Shown here piece by piece: positions 36,808-45,691 of a stretch of DNA of 64,000 nt. Every line of letters begins with the position of its first letter. The first letter of the stretch is position 1. The stretch spans positions 6,076,532 through 6,140,531 of the forward strand of contig CBDDPY010000002.1 in the NCBI GenBank assembly GCA_965232515.1, read 5' to 3'. Origin of the DNA: Alphaproteobacteria bacterium (GTDB lineage: Bacteria > Pseudomonadota > Alphaproteobacteria > GCA-2731375). Position numbers and translations under genes: made by a program. A model generated the notes under the pieces. It had not been told where the DNA came from, did not search any database, and was given only the letters and a program-made list of their open reading frames with translations.

Positions 36808-37389
36808 ATGAAAATTGAGGCAGTTGAGTTGAACGGCGAAGGATTGACGCTGGAGCCGTTCGCACGATCGCACTACGAGGGGCTGGCGGCGATCGTCGAT
36901 GACCCGAAAATCTGGCCCTATATGGGCATGGATGCCTCGGGCGGTAGCTATGACGCCTGGTTCGCCGCCGCCGAGGCGACCACGGCAAACGGCAGCGACG
37001 CCCATTTCGTGGTCCGCCGAAATGCCGACGGCCGGCTGGTCGGCAGCAGCCGGTACCTGAACATCTTTCCCGAGCACAAGCGACTGGAGATCGGCAGTAC
37101 CTGGTACGCGCCGGACGCCTGGGGCAGCAAGGTCAATCCGGAATGCAAGCTGCTGATGATCCGCCATGCTTTCGAGACGCTTGAACTGAACCGGGTCGAG
37201 TTCCGCTGCGATGCCCGCAACGAACGCTCACGCGCGGCGCTGCACAAGCTGGGCGCGGTCGAGGAGGGCGTGCTGCGCAAGCACATGATCGTGCAGCACG
37301 GCTATGTCCGCGACAGCGTCCAGTTCGGCATCATCCGCGAAGACTGGCCGGGCGTGAAGGCCGGCCTGGAGGCGCGGCTGGCCGCCTGA
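36808..37389 (+). CDS. GNAT family N-acetyltransferase (RimL-like).
   Basis: Acetyl-CoA-binding region (RNADGRLVGSSRY...FETLELNRVEFRCDARNERSRAALHKLG). The first ATG is at 36808, inside the track ORF 36709..37389. Confidence 0.75.
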   Translation: MKIEAVELNGEGLTLEPFARSHYEGLAAIVDDPKIWPYMGMDASGGSYDAWFAAAEATTANGSDAHFVVRRNADGRLVGSSRYLNIFPEHKRLEIGSTWYAPDAWGSKVNPECKLLMIRHAFETLELNRVEFRCDARNERSRAALHKLGAVEEGVLRKHMIVQHGYVRDSVQFGIIREDWPGVKAGLEARLAA

Positions 37390-37394
37390 TCTTT

Positions 37395-38084
37395 CTATTC
37401 GGCGACCGGCAGGCCGCCGGTGCAGACGTAGAGCAGACAGCCCTCGTCCGACCAGGCCCTGTGCCCGCTGCCGACGGGGCAGCGCACCCAGGTGCCCTTG
37501 GCATAGGTGCCGTTTTCGTCGCTGACAGATCCTGCCAGCACGAAGGCCTCTTCGCCGCCGGGATGCGGATGGTGCGGCACGCGTGCGCCGGGTGCGAACC
37601 GGACCAGCCGGATCGTCTCCGGAAACCCCGACTGGCTATAGAGCAGCTTGACCTCCAACCCGTCGACCGACCCCGGTGACCAGTCCATGCCGGCGCTCTC
37701 GGTCGCCGTGGTCTGGCGTTCGAGGCCGGCATACTGCCGCAGCTTCACGAACAGCGTGCAGCCGTCGTCCGACCAGGGCGCATGGCCGTGGCCTTCCGGG
37801 TTCAACAGATGGCTGCCGGGCGGGTAGACGCCATGCTCGTCGGCCCACGTGCCTTCCAGCACGAGGATCTCTTCGCCCTCCGGATGGCCGTGATAGGGAA
37901 ACTGCGCGCCCGCGTCGAAACGCACGATCGAGGTCACGCGACCCGCCTCGGGCGGCCCGACATGGTCGAGCCGCTTGCGCCAGATGCCGGCGGCCGGGCT
38001 GGCGACCCAGTCCATGGCGGCCGAGTCCACGACCGCGCGGCCGAAATGGCCCCGATCGATGGCCAACGCCTGTGATGACGACAT
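37395..38084 (-). CDS. Bicupin domain protein (ChrR-like cupin pair).
   Basis: Two cupin-2 barrels with duplicated motifs (PYHGHPEGEEILVLEG and PHHPHPGGEEAFVLAG). Confidence 0.6.
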   Translation of the reverse strand: MSSSQALAIDRGHFGRAVVDSAAMDWVASPAAGIWRKRLDHVGPPEAGRVTSIVRFDAGAQFPYHGHPEGEEILVLEGTWADEHGVYPPGSHLLNPEGHGHAPWSDDGCTLFVKLRQYAGLERQTTATESAGMDWSPGSVDGLEVKLLYSQSGFPETIRLVRFAPGARVPHHPHPGGEEAFVLAGSVSDENGTYAKGTWVRCPVGSGHRAWSDEGCLLYVCTGGLPVAE

Positions 38085-38087
38085 GCG

Positions 38088-38909
38088 TTAGCTGCCGGCT
38101 TTCGCCGCGTCCCAGTACTGGTTGTTGAGGTAACCGATCATGCTGTCGTGCTGGCCCTCGAGGCACTTGCGCATGCTTTTCGCCAGGCCGTAGCTGGCGC
38201 CATGGTCGCAGTGGAACCAGGCGAAGCGCAGCGACTCGACCGTGTTCGGCGTCAGCGTCGCGTAGCGCGGATCCGATACCGTCATCCGCCACAACGATTG
38301 CCGGGTGGCCGCATCGACGCGGCCCCGCGTCGGCAGCGCGTTGATCATCTGGCTGGCGAGGCGCGCCGCGACGACGCGATCGCCCTCGGAATCGACCAGC
38401 GTGTCGCCGAGCGCCCGCAGCGGGCCGGTGGCGAGGTCGAGCTCCAGCTCGTCTTGCGGGTTATCGTCGCCCGGCATCGGTTCCGGGATTAGCGCGACGT
38501 TCTGGCCGACCGATACCGATACCTTGGCGAGCTCCAGATCCCGTACGACGTCGCCGGCGACCGCGACGCGGACCGCGACGTGCGTGCGCAGCGCGGTAAT
38601 GGTCAGGTCCTTCGCCGGGTCCAGCATCACGGTGCGGCCGTCATGCGTGGTGCCGGTCGCCCGCAGGTCCGCGTCCGCCGTCGTCAGATAGCGGGTGCCG
38701 TGCACCGGCGAGCGGCGGTCCGGCTGCAGGCAATAGGCCGAGAACTCGGCCCAACACTCGCCGCCCGCACAGTTCAGCTCGACCGGCTGGCTGTCCGCGA
38801 CCAGCGCCAGCACCTGCGGCGCCGCTTCCGCCGGCGTGGCGGCGACGTTCAACGCCATCGCGCCGGCCGCGATGATCGAAAGCCCCAATGTCTTGAATTC
38901 GGTCCGCAT
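38088..38909 (-). CDS. Hypothetical secreted Cys-containing protein.
   Basis: The start is taken as MRTEFKTLGLSIIAAGAMALNVAATPAEA (signal peptide) at 38909. I recognise no domain. Confidence 0.45.
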   Translation of the reverse strand: MRTEFKTLGLSIIAAGAMALNVAATPAEAAPQVLALVADSQPVELNCAGGECWAEFSAYCLQPDRRSPVHGTRYLTTADADLRATGTTHDGRTVMLDPAKDLTITALRTHVAVRVAVAGDVVRDLELAKVSVSVGQNVALIPEPMPGDDNPQDELELDLATGPLRALGDTLVDSEGDRVVAARLASQMINALPTRGRVDAATRQSLWRMTVSDPRYATLTPNTVESLRFAWFHCDHGASYGLAKSMRKCLEGQHDSMIGYLNNQYWDAAKAGS

Positions 38910-39064
38910 GCGTGTCCCCTCGGCAGAATGGCGCTCGCTCACGCGGACCCGGGGCGGATGGCCGCCGCGGGCTCGGCCCGCGTGCACGTGAAAAGCGTTC
39001 CACGTCGCCGCGCCGGGGTCAATGCCACATGGCGCGATTGTGACCGCGGCGTGCGTGTCGTCGG

Positions 39065-40492
39065 TCAGGCCAACGGCGGGCGGCGATCGAACCAGGGCTG
39101 CGCCTGCTCGATCTGGCTGGCCATGCGCAGCAGCAGCGCCTCGTTGCCGAAGTCGGCGCCAAGCTGCACGCCGACCGGCAGGCCGTCGTCGGTCCAGTGC
39201 AGCGGTAGCGAGCAGGCCGGCTGGCCGGTGATGTTGAACAATGGCGTGAACGGCAGCCGCCGGAACAACGCGTCGAAATAATCCTCGGGCGCGGCCATCA
39301 TGTCGACGGTGCCCAGCGGCAGCGGCGGATTGGCGAGCGTTGGCGACAGCAACAAATCGTAGTTTGCGAAAAAGCCACCAATCCGCCGGCCCGTCGCGTG
39401 CAGCACCTGGATGGCACGCGCATAGTCCGCGGCCGAGAAACCGCGCGCCTGCTCGGCCAGGTACCAGGTGGCACGCTCGACATCGTCCTCGCGCGGTTCC
39501 CGGCCGAGCGCGGCACAGCGCGTGTCGATGACGTGCCGCATGTTGCCGCCGATAATGATCTGCACGGCATCATTGATGGCCGCAATGTCGACATCGATGG
39601 CGGTGGGCTCGACATGGTGGCCCAGGTCCTCGCAGAGCTTCGCCGTCGCCTCCGCGCCTGCCACGCAGACCGGATCGACGTCGTGGCCGCTGGGCGCGGC
39701 GGTGATCAGTCCGATCCGCAGCCGGCCCGGATCGGCGCCGACCTCGTCGCTGAACGGCCGCGCCGGCGGCGGCGCGCAATAGGGATCGCCGGGCGCAGGG
39801 CCGTGCGTCGCGTCGAGCAGGGCGGCGCTGTCGCGCACGCTGCGGGTAACCGCATGGCCGACACCCATACCGCTCCAACCCTCGCCGACATCGGGGCCGG
39901 ACGGGTTGCGCGCCCGCGTCGGCTTCAGGCCGAACAGGCCGCAGTTCGCGGCCGGGATGCGGATCGAGCCACCGCCGTCGGTGGCGTGCGCCGCCGGCAG
40001 CATGCCGGCCGCCACGGCCGCCGCGGCGCCGCCGCTGGAGCCGCCGGGGCTGTGTTCGGTGTTCCAGGGATTGCGGGTGGCGCCGTGCAGCACCGGCTCG
40101 GTGAAGAAGTTGTAGCCGAACTCCGGCGAATTGGTCTTGCCCATGATCACCAGGCCGGCGGCGCGCAGGCGTTCGGTCAGCGTGCTGTCGTGGTCGGCGA
40201 CGAAGTCGGCGAACAGGCGGCTGCCGTTGGTGGTCGGCGCGCCGGTGTAGAGGACATAGAGGTCCTTCAGCATGTAGGGCACGCCCGACAGCGGACCCGC
40301 CGGCAGGCCGGCGTCGATGCTGGCCCGCGCCGTGTCGTGCATCTTGTGGACAACAGCGTTCAGCGCCGGGTTGCGGGCGTCCACCCGCTCGATGGCCGCG
40401 TCCAGCACCTCGGTCGCGCCGACCTCGCCGCGGCGGATCAGATCGGCCAACCCAAGCGCATCGTAGTTTTCGTATTCCTGGAACCCGGTCAT
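39065..40492 (-). CDS. Amidase (amidase-signature family, GatA-like).
   Basis: The AS-family GGSSGG motif ([15 protein letters not shown]) with Ser-cisSer-Lys context. ATG 40492 is taken as the start. The track ORF extends 103 aa further upstream, through non-protein-like sequence. Confidence 0.85.
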   Translation of the reverse strand: MTGFQEYENYDALGLADLIRRGEVGATEVLDAAIERVDARNPALNAVVHKMHDTARASIDAGLPAGPLSGVPYMLKDLYVLYTGAPTTNGSRLFADFVADHDSTLTERLRAAGLVIMGKTNSPEFGYNFFTEPVLHGATRNPWNTEHSPGGSSGGAAAAVAAGMLPAAHATDGGGSIRIPAANCGLFGLKPTRARNPSGPDVGEGWSGMGVGHAVTRSVRDSAALLDATHGPAPGDPYCAPPPARPFSDEVGADPGRLRIGLITAAPSGHDVDPVCVAGAEATAKLCEDLGHHVEPTAIDVDIAAINDAVQIIIGGNMRHVIDTRCAALGREPREDDVERATWYLAEQARGFSAADYARAIQVLHATGRRIGGFFANYDLLLSPTLANPPLPLGTVDMMAAPEDYFDALFRRLPFTPLFNITGQPACSLPLHWTDDGLPVGVQLGADFGNEALLLRMASQIEQAQPWFDRRPPLA

Positions 40493-40574
40493 CTCGGCAT
40501 GCCCCCTATGGCGAACGGTGTAGGAACAGCCTAGGTTTGTTGCCAGCATGCGCGCAAGCGAGGTGTGTAAGATC

Positions 40575-40994
40575 ATGCAGCAGCAACACCATTGTCTCGT
40601 CATCGAGCCGCCGCGGCAGGGGCTGCACGACATCACGGCCGAGATCGCCGAATGGCTGACCGAACAGGCGGTCGGCGATGGCCTGCTCACGGTGTTCATC
40701 CGACATACCTCGGCCTCGCTGTTGATCCAGGAGAACTGGGACGACGACGTGCAGGCCGATCTCGAGGCTTTCTTCATGAAGCTGGTGCCGGAGGAGTCCA
40801 CGCTCTACCGCCACATCGCCGAGGGCGACGACGACATGCCGGCGCATATCAAGGGCGCGTTGACGCAGACCCATCTGAATATACCGGTGCGTGGGCGTCA
40901 GCTACGGATCGGCCGCTATCAGGGAATCTATCTGTTCGAGCACCGCCGCAGACCCCGGCCACGGGAGCTCGACCTGCACCTGATCGGCGACTAG
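40575..40994 (+). CDS. YjbQ/UPF0047 family (secondary thiamine-phosphate synthase-like) protein.
   Basis: MQQQHHCLVIEPPRQGLHDITAEI...GIYLFEHRRRP is typical of YjbQ. A GAGGTG RBS is present. Confidence 0.75.
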   Translation: MQQQHHCLVIEPPRQGLHDITAEIAEWLTEQAVGDGLLTVFIRHTSASLLIQENWDDDVQADLEAFFMKLVPEESTLYRHIAEGDDDMPAHIKGALTQTHLNIPVRGRQLRIGRYQGIYLFEHRRRPRPRELDLHLIGD

Positions 40995-41131
40995 CCCGCA
41001 TTTCTCAATCCCCGCACGGTCTGCGTCGCGCACAGGCGTCCGCTCCGCCAGGAGCGGGCCGAAAAGCGTAGCGGGCCTACGGTTGAGGGCCGCGACGCCG
41101 CGGGCGGGCGCCTGCGCGCGACCCTTCGGGC

Positions 41132-41224
41132 GGCGCCGTGCTGCCGACAGGGAGCGTCGCGCTGCTTGCCCGATGTCCCACATCGCGCCGCGCAGCGCTC
41201 CTGCCCTGTCGGCAGCACGACGCC
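41132..41224. repeat. 93-nt extended imperfect palindrome (multi-stem hairpin) between convergent genes.
   Basis: A 21-bp outer stem with one mismatch, GGCGCCGTGCTGCCGACAGGG (41132-41152) against CCCTGTCGGCAGCACGACGCC (41204-41224). Nested inner inverted repeats are GCGCTGC/GCAGCGC and CGATGT-CCC-ACATCG. Confidence 0.45.
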
Positions 41225-41256
41225 GCGCAGACCATGCAGGGTTTAAGAAATGTGGG

Positions 41257-42450
41257 CTAACGCTCCGGATGGGCGGGCTGCGGCGGTTCGCCGACATAGT
41301 GGGCGCGCGGGCGGATCAGGTTGCCCTGCCGGTACTGCTCCTGCGCATGCGCGATCCAGCCAACGCAACGGCCCACGGCGAAGATCGACAGCGGCGCCGA
41401 TGACGGCAGGCCGAGGGCGCGGGCCAGCAGGACCAGCGCTACGTCGATGGTCGGCTCGCCGTCGGTCATCAGCCTGACCGCCGCCAGCACGCGATCGCCC
41501 CATTCGACGGCATCGGCCTCGCGCAGCATCGCCAGCAGAGCGTGCGCGCGGATATCGCCGGCCGGATAGAGCGGATGGCCGAAGCCAGGCAGGCTGTCGC
41601 CGCGTGACAGGCGTTCGGCGACCGCGGCTTCGACATCGCCGGCGGTCTCGAACTCGTTGAACAATGCCGCGACGCGCGCCGTGATACCGCCGTGGCGCGG
41701 ACCCTGCAGCGCCGCCAGGCCGGCCAGCACCGCGGCATATGGCGTGGCGCGGGTCGAGGCGACGCAACGGACGGTGAAGGTCGACGCGTTCAGCTCGTGA
41801 TCCGCGCAGAGCACGAGCGCGGCGCGCAGCAAATCGGCGCCCGCGGCGTCGACCCTCCAGGCCTCGCCCAGCACACTGTGGATCGGTGCGTCGCCCACCG
41901 GCGTGCCGGCGACGCCGGCCGCCAGCAGGCGCAGAATGCGGGCGCCGGTGCGGGCGACGCCAGCGGCTTCCAGGTTGTAGGCCCGCGCATCGGCCTCGGC
42001 TGCCCAAGGCAGCATGGCCTGACACCTGACCATGCCGTCGAGGCCGTCGGGCACGGCGACGTCGGGCGGCGGATTGTCGACGAACGGATCGGCCTCGCCG
42101 GCGTCCCACAACAGGCCCGCGACCGTTTCGAGACTGGCCGCCCGAGCCAGGCGCGCGGCATCGCGGCCGCGATAATAGAGCCGGCCGTCGGCGATCAGGG
42201 TCAGGCTGGAATCAAGTACCGGCAGGCCGAAGTTCAACGCGTCGCCGGCAATGCTTTCGGGATCGCGGCCCGGTCCCTTCCGCGCCCGCAGCGCTCGGAC
42301 GTCGTCGGCCCGGTAGAGGCGGCTGCGGCTGTTGCCGCTGGCCTCCGAGCGGATCTGGCCACGGCTGACGTAGGCGTAGAGCGTCGCCCGGCTGACGTTC
42401 AGTTCGGCTGCCGCCTCCCGCGCCGTCAGGTACTGCTTTTCCGTCGTCAT
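41257..42450 (-). CDS. HTH DNA-binding domain fused to a citrate synthase-like domain.
   Basis: The N-terminus is a MerR/excisionase-type HTH: MTTEKQYLTAREAAAELNVSRATLYAYVSRGQIRSE. The C-terminal roughly 300 aa are citrate-synthase-like (HELNASTFTVRCVASTRATPYAAVLAGLAALQGPRHGG, GFGHPLY). ATG 42450 is taken as the start. The track ORF runs a further 89 aa upstream. Confidence 0.7.
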   Translation of the reverse strand: MTTEKQYLTAREAAAELNVSRATLYAYVSRGQIRSEASGNSRSRLYRADDVRALRARKGPGRDPESIAGDALNFGLPVLDSSLTLIADGRLYYRGRDAARLARAASLETVAGLLWDAGEADPFVDNPPPDVAVPDGLDGMVRCQAMLPWAAEADARAYNLEAAGVARTGARILRLLAAGVAGTPVGDAPIHSVLGEAWRVDAAGADLLRAALVLCADHELNASTFTVRCVASTRATPYAAVLAGLAALQGPRHGGITARVAALFNEFETAGDVEAAVAERLSRGDSLPGFGHPLYPAGDIRAHALLAMLREADAVEWGDRVLAAVRLMTDGEPTIDVALVLLARALGLPSSAPLSIFAVGRCVGWIAHAQEQYRQGNLIRPRAHYVGEPPQPAHPER

Positions 42451-42456
42451 CGTCGT

Positions 42457-42494
42457 GTTGATCGTATTAATCAATATTGACGATATATTGATCG
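42457..42494. promoter_or_regulatory. AT-rich operator-like cluster of (A/G)TTGA(T/C) half-sites in the divergent promoter region.
   Basis: GTTGAT-N7-ATCAAT palindrome (42457-42475), ATATTGA direct repeat 11 bp apart (42474-80 and 42485-91), and TTGATCG direct repeat 30 bp apart. The stretch is about 70% AT, against about 31% for the window. Confidence 0.4.
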
Positions 42495-42539
42495 CATGCC
42501 TATCTCCCGTCAAGCAATAGAGATCGAAAGGAGCGCGAG

Positions 42540-43637
42540 ATGGCCGCTGGATTGGAAGATGTCGTCGCCGCGGAAACCCGTCTGAGCCACGTGGATGGCC
42601 AAGCGGGGCGGCTGCTGATCGCCGGGTACGATGTGGATGACCTGGCCGGCGGCATGCGGTTCGAGGATGTGGCGGCGTTGCTCTGGCAGGATCTGGCGCC
42701 GCGGAACGCCAACGCAACGGAGATCGCCGAACAATTGGGCGCGGCCCGGCTGGCGGCGGCGGAAATGCTGCCAGAGCTCCTGCACACGACCGAAGGATTG
42801 AACCCGATCGAAGGCTTGCGCGCCGGGCTCGCCATGCTGGCCGACCACGACGACGACCGCGACCATATCCGGGTGACCGCGGCGATCCCCGTCTTCATGG
42901 CGGCACTGTCGCGGCACGCGCAAGGCCTGTCACCTGTTATGCCTGACGCGAAACGCGGGCAGGCGGATGACTTCCTGCACATGCTGCACGGCCGGAAACC
43001 GGAGCGCTCGCATGTCGCGGCGCTCGACACCTATCTGGTGACGGTGTCGGACCACGGCATGAACGCGTCGACCTTTACCGCCCGCGTTGTCGCCTCGACT
43101 CGGGCCGGCATGGTGTCGAGCGTCGTCGCCGCGCTGTGTGCCCTGAAAGGGCCCCTGCACGGCGGCGCGCCGGGCCCGGTGCTGGACATGCTGGACGAGA
43201 TCGGCTCGGCCGACCGGATCGAAGGCTGGCTCGACGCACGGCTGGCCGCGGGCGCGCGGCTGATGGGCTTCGGTCATCGGGTCTACCGCACCCGCGATCC
43301 ACGCGCCGATGTCCTGAAGCGCGTCGTGCGGGATCTGCGCACCGGCGACAACCGTATCGCCTTCGCCGAGCAGATCGAGCGCGCCGCCATCGAGAAGTTG
43401 GCGACGCGTTATCCGGGCCGCCGACTCGATACCAATGTCGAGTTCTACACGGCGCTGGCGTTGGAGGCGGTCGGTCTGCCGCGCGACCTGTTCACCTGCC
43501 TGTTCGCCATGGGCCGCGTGTTGGGCTGGACGGCGCATGTCTTCGAACAGATCGCGACCAACCGCATCATGCGTCCGCAATCGAGCTATGTCGGCCCCTG
43601 GCCCGACGGCAAGGTGCGCGCCGTCGCCGGCGGCTGA
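42540..43637 (+). CDS. Citrate synthase family protein (short form, citrate or 2-methylcitrate synthase-like).
   Basis: 365 aa. It carries the CS catalytic motifs (HGMNASTFTARVVASTRA, LKGPLHGGA, GFGHRVYRTRDPRA) and the C-terminal WTAH region. Confidence 0.8.
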   Translation: MAAGLEDVVAAETRLSHVDGQAGRLLIAGYDVDDLAGGMRFEDVAALLWQDLAPRNANATEIAEQLGAARLAAAEMLPELLHTTEGLNPIEGLRAGLAMLADHDDDRDHIRVTAAIPVFMAALSRHAQGLSPVMPDAKRGQADDFLHMLHGRKPERSHVAALDTYLVTVSDHGMNASTFTARVVASTRAGMVSSVVAALCALKGPLHGGAPGPVLDMLDEIGSADRIEGWLDARLAAGARLMGFGHRVYRTRDPRADVLKRVVRDLRTGDNRIAFAEQIERAAIEKLATRYPGRRLDTNVEFYTALALEAVGLPRDLFTCLFAMGRVLGWTAHVFEQIATNRIMRPQSSYVGPWPDGKVRAVAGG

Positions 43638-43690
43638 GATCGGCATCGGCGCACGTTCCGTCGCGGGCGTCGACAGGCTATGCTGTCGCC

Positions 43691-44563
43691 ATGACGAAAT
43701 TGACGGACGAGCAAATCGCCGCGTTCCGGCGCGACGGCTATCTGATGGTCGGCGGCGCGGTCGACGCGGCCGCGCTGGCGGCGATGCGGCAGCAACTGGA
43801 CGATTGGATCGACGAGAGCCGCGAGCATGCCGATAGCTGGGGCGAGACCGTCGGCGGATCGCCCCGGTTCGATCTGGAGGCGGGACACGCGGCCGATGCG
43901 CCGCGCCTGCGGCGGATCAACAATCCGGCCGAGATTTCAGACGCGTTTTTCGCCACCACCTTCGACGGCCCGGTGGCCGAGATGGTGGCCGACCTGATCG
44001 GCCCAGATGTGAAGTTCCACCACGGCAAGATCAACAGCAAGCAGCCGCGCACCGACAGCCGGGTCGGTTTGCATCAGGACTTCTCCTACACGCCGCACAC
44101 CAACGACGACATCGTCACCGTGCTGCTGCTGCTGGATGACATGACGGTCGAGAACGGCCCGTTGCGGGTCGCGCCCGGCACCCATCGCGAGGGCCAGAAG
44201 AGCCTCTGGCACGACGGTGTGTTCACCGGGCAGGTCGCCGCCGACGTGGCGGCGGAAATGGAAGGTCGCCTGGTCACGCTGACCGGCAAGGCGGGCGATG
44301 TCTGCCTGATGCATACCAATCTGCTGCATGGGTCGGCGCCGAACGGCTCGGACGAGCGGCGGACGCTGTTTATCTCCGTCTACACGGCCGCGGACGCGGT
44401 GGCCCTGGCGGCGTCGCCGTTGCCGAACCGGTTCGAGAACAAAATCGTCGCCGGGCAGGCCGTGCGAACCGCGCGGCTGACAGTCGACCGGGTCGAGCTG
44501 CCGGCCGCTTCGCACAGCGGCTCGTTCTTCAATCTGGCGGGTCAGGGCACCAATACGGGCTGA
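43691..44563 (+). CDS. Phytanoyl-CoA dioxygenase (PhyH) family Fe(II)/2-oxoglutarate-dependent oxygenase.
   Basis: MTKLTDEQIAAFRRDGYLMV N-terminus, HxD facial triad (GLHQDFSY), and the distal His in LLHGSAPN. ATG 43691 is taken as the start, inside the longer track ORF. Confidence 0.75.
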   Translation: MTKLTDEQIAAFRRDGYLMVGGAVDAAALAAMRQQLDDWIDESREHADSWGETVGGSPRFDLEAGHAADAPRLRRINNPAEISDAFFATTFDGPVAEMVADLIGPDVKFHHGKINSKQPRTDSRVGLHQDFSYTPHTNDDIVTVLLLLDDMTVENGPLRVAPGTHREGQKSLWHDGVFTGQVAADVAAEMEGRLVTLTGKAGDVCLMHTNLLHGSAPNGSDERRTLFISVYTAADAVALAASPLPNRFENKIVAGQAVRTARLTVDRVELPAASHSGSFFNLAGQGTNTG

Positions 44564-44668
44564 CCGCGCCCGTGATTGTTTTCGTCTAAGAAACAATATT
44601 GTTCCGTCTGGTCGCTTTGTGGCGGCCGTGGCCCCACTTATATGTCGTCGAAACAGGGGAGTGGCAGC

Positions 44669-45634
44669 ATGGGCATGCTGATCGACGGCGCGTGGATTGA
44701 GGACGACGCCAAGTACCGGCAATCCGGCGGCAAGTTCGTTCGCCGCGACTCGCATTTCCGCAACTGGGTGACATCGGACGGATCGTCCGGCTATCCCGCC
44801 GAGGCCGGGCGGTACCATCTCTATGTGGCCGCGGCCTGTCCCTGGGCGCACCGGACGATCCTGTTCCGCAAGCTGAAGGGTCTCGAGGACGCGATCTCGC
44901 TGTCCTATGTCGATCCGGTCGCGCTGGCCGGCGGCTGGGCCTTCACCAGCGAGCCCGACCCACTGTTCGACGCCAATTTCCTGCACGAGATCTATCAGCG
45001 CGCCGATAAGAGCTACACCGGCCGGGTGACCGTCCCGGTGTTGTGGGACCAGCAGACCGACGGAATCGTGAACAACGAGTCGTCCGAAATCATCCGTATG
45101 TTCAACAACGCCTTCGACACGATCGGCAATGCGGCGGTGGACTACTATCCGGCGGCGCTGCGGGCTGATATCGACGCGATCAACGCTGTCATCTACGACC
45201 GCGTCAACAACGGCGTCTACAAGTGCGGTTTTGCCAGAGCGCAGGAGGCGTACGATGAGGCTTTCGACGTTCTGTTCGCCACGCTCGACGACCTGGAGCA
45301 ACGTCTCGACGGGCAGCGCTACCTCGTCGGCGATCGTCTGACCGAGGCCGATTGGCGACTGTTCACCACGCTGGTGCGGTTCGACGCCGTCTATTTCGGG
45401 CACTTCAAGTGCAACCTGAGGCGCATCGCCGACTACCCGAACCTGTCGAACTATCTGCGCGAGCTCTACCAGATGCCGGGCGTTGCCGACACGGTCGATC
45501 TGGAAGATTTCAAGACCCATTACTATGCGAGCCAGTTGTCGGTCAATCCGACCGGTATCGTGGCGAGAGGGCCCGAGCTGGATCTCAGCGCGCCGCATGA
45601 CCGCGGCCGTTTCGCCGTCGCCGCGGCCGAATAA
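44669..45634 (+). CDS. yqjG: Xi-class glutathione transferase / glutathionyl-hydroquinone reductase (YqjG/ECM4-like).
   Basis: The N-terminus MGMLIDGAWIEDD, the catalytic CPWAHR motif and a length of about 320 aa match the GS-HQR family. An AGGGGAG RBS is present. Confidence 0.8.
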   Translation: MGMLIDGAWIEDDAKYRQSGGKFVRRDSHFRNWVTSDGSSGYPAEAGRYHLYVAAACPWAHRTILFRKLKGLEDAISLSYVDPVALAGGWAFTSEPDPLFDANFLHEIYQRADKSYTGRVTVPVLWDQQTDGIVNNESSEIIRMFNNAFDTIGNAAVDYYPAALRADIDAINAVIYDRVNNGVYKCGFARAQEAYDEAFDVLFATLDDLEQRLDGQRYLVGDRLTEADWRLFTTLVRFDAVYFGHFKCNLRRIADYPNLSNYLRELYQMPGVADTVDLEDFKTHYYASQLSVNPTGIVARGPELDLSAPHDRGRFAVAAAE

Positions 45635-45691
45635 GACAGCCGCGGCAAGATGATCGCTACGGTTCGCGACGTGCGACGGCCGGATTGAGCC

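Noticed and set aside
40995-41256. Several 60-160-aa ORFs on both strands in the yjbQ / HTH-CS convergent intergenic region.
   Set aside because: They have Arg/Ala-rich artefactual translations, and the region is better explained by the 93-nt hairpin element and terminators.
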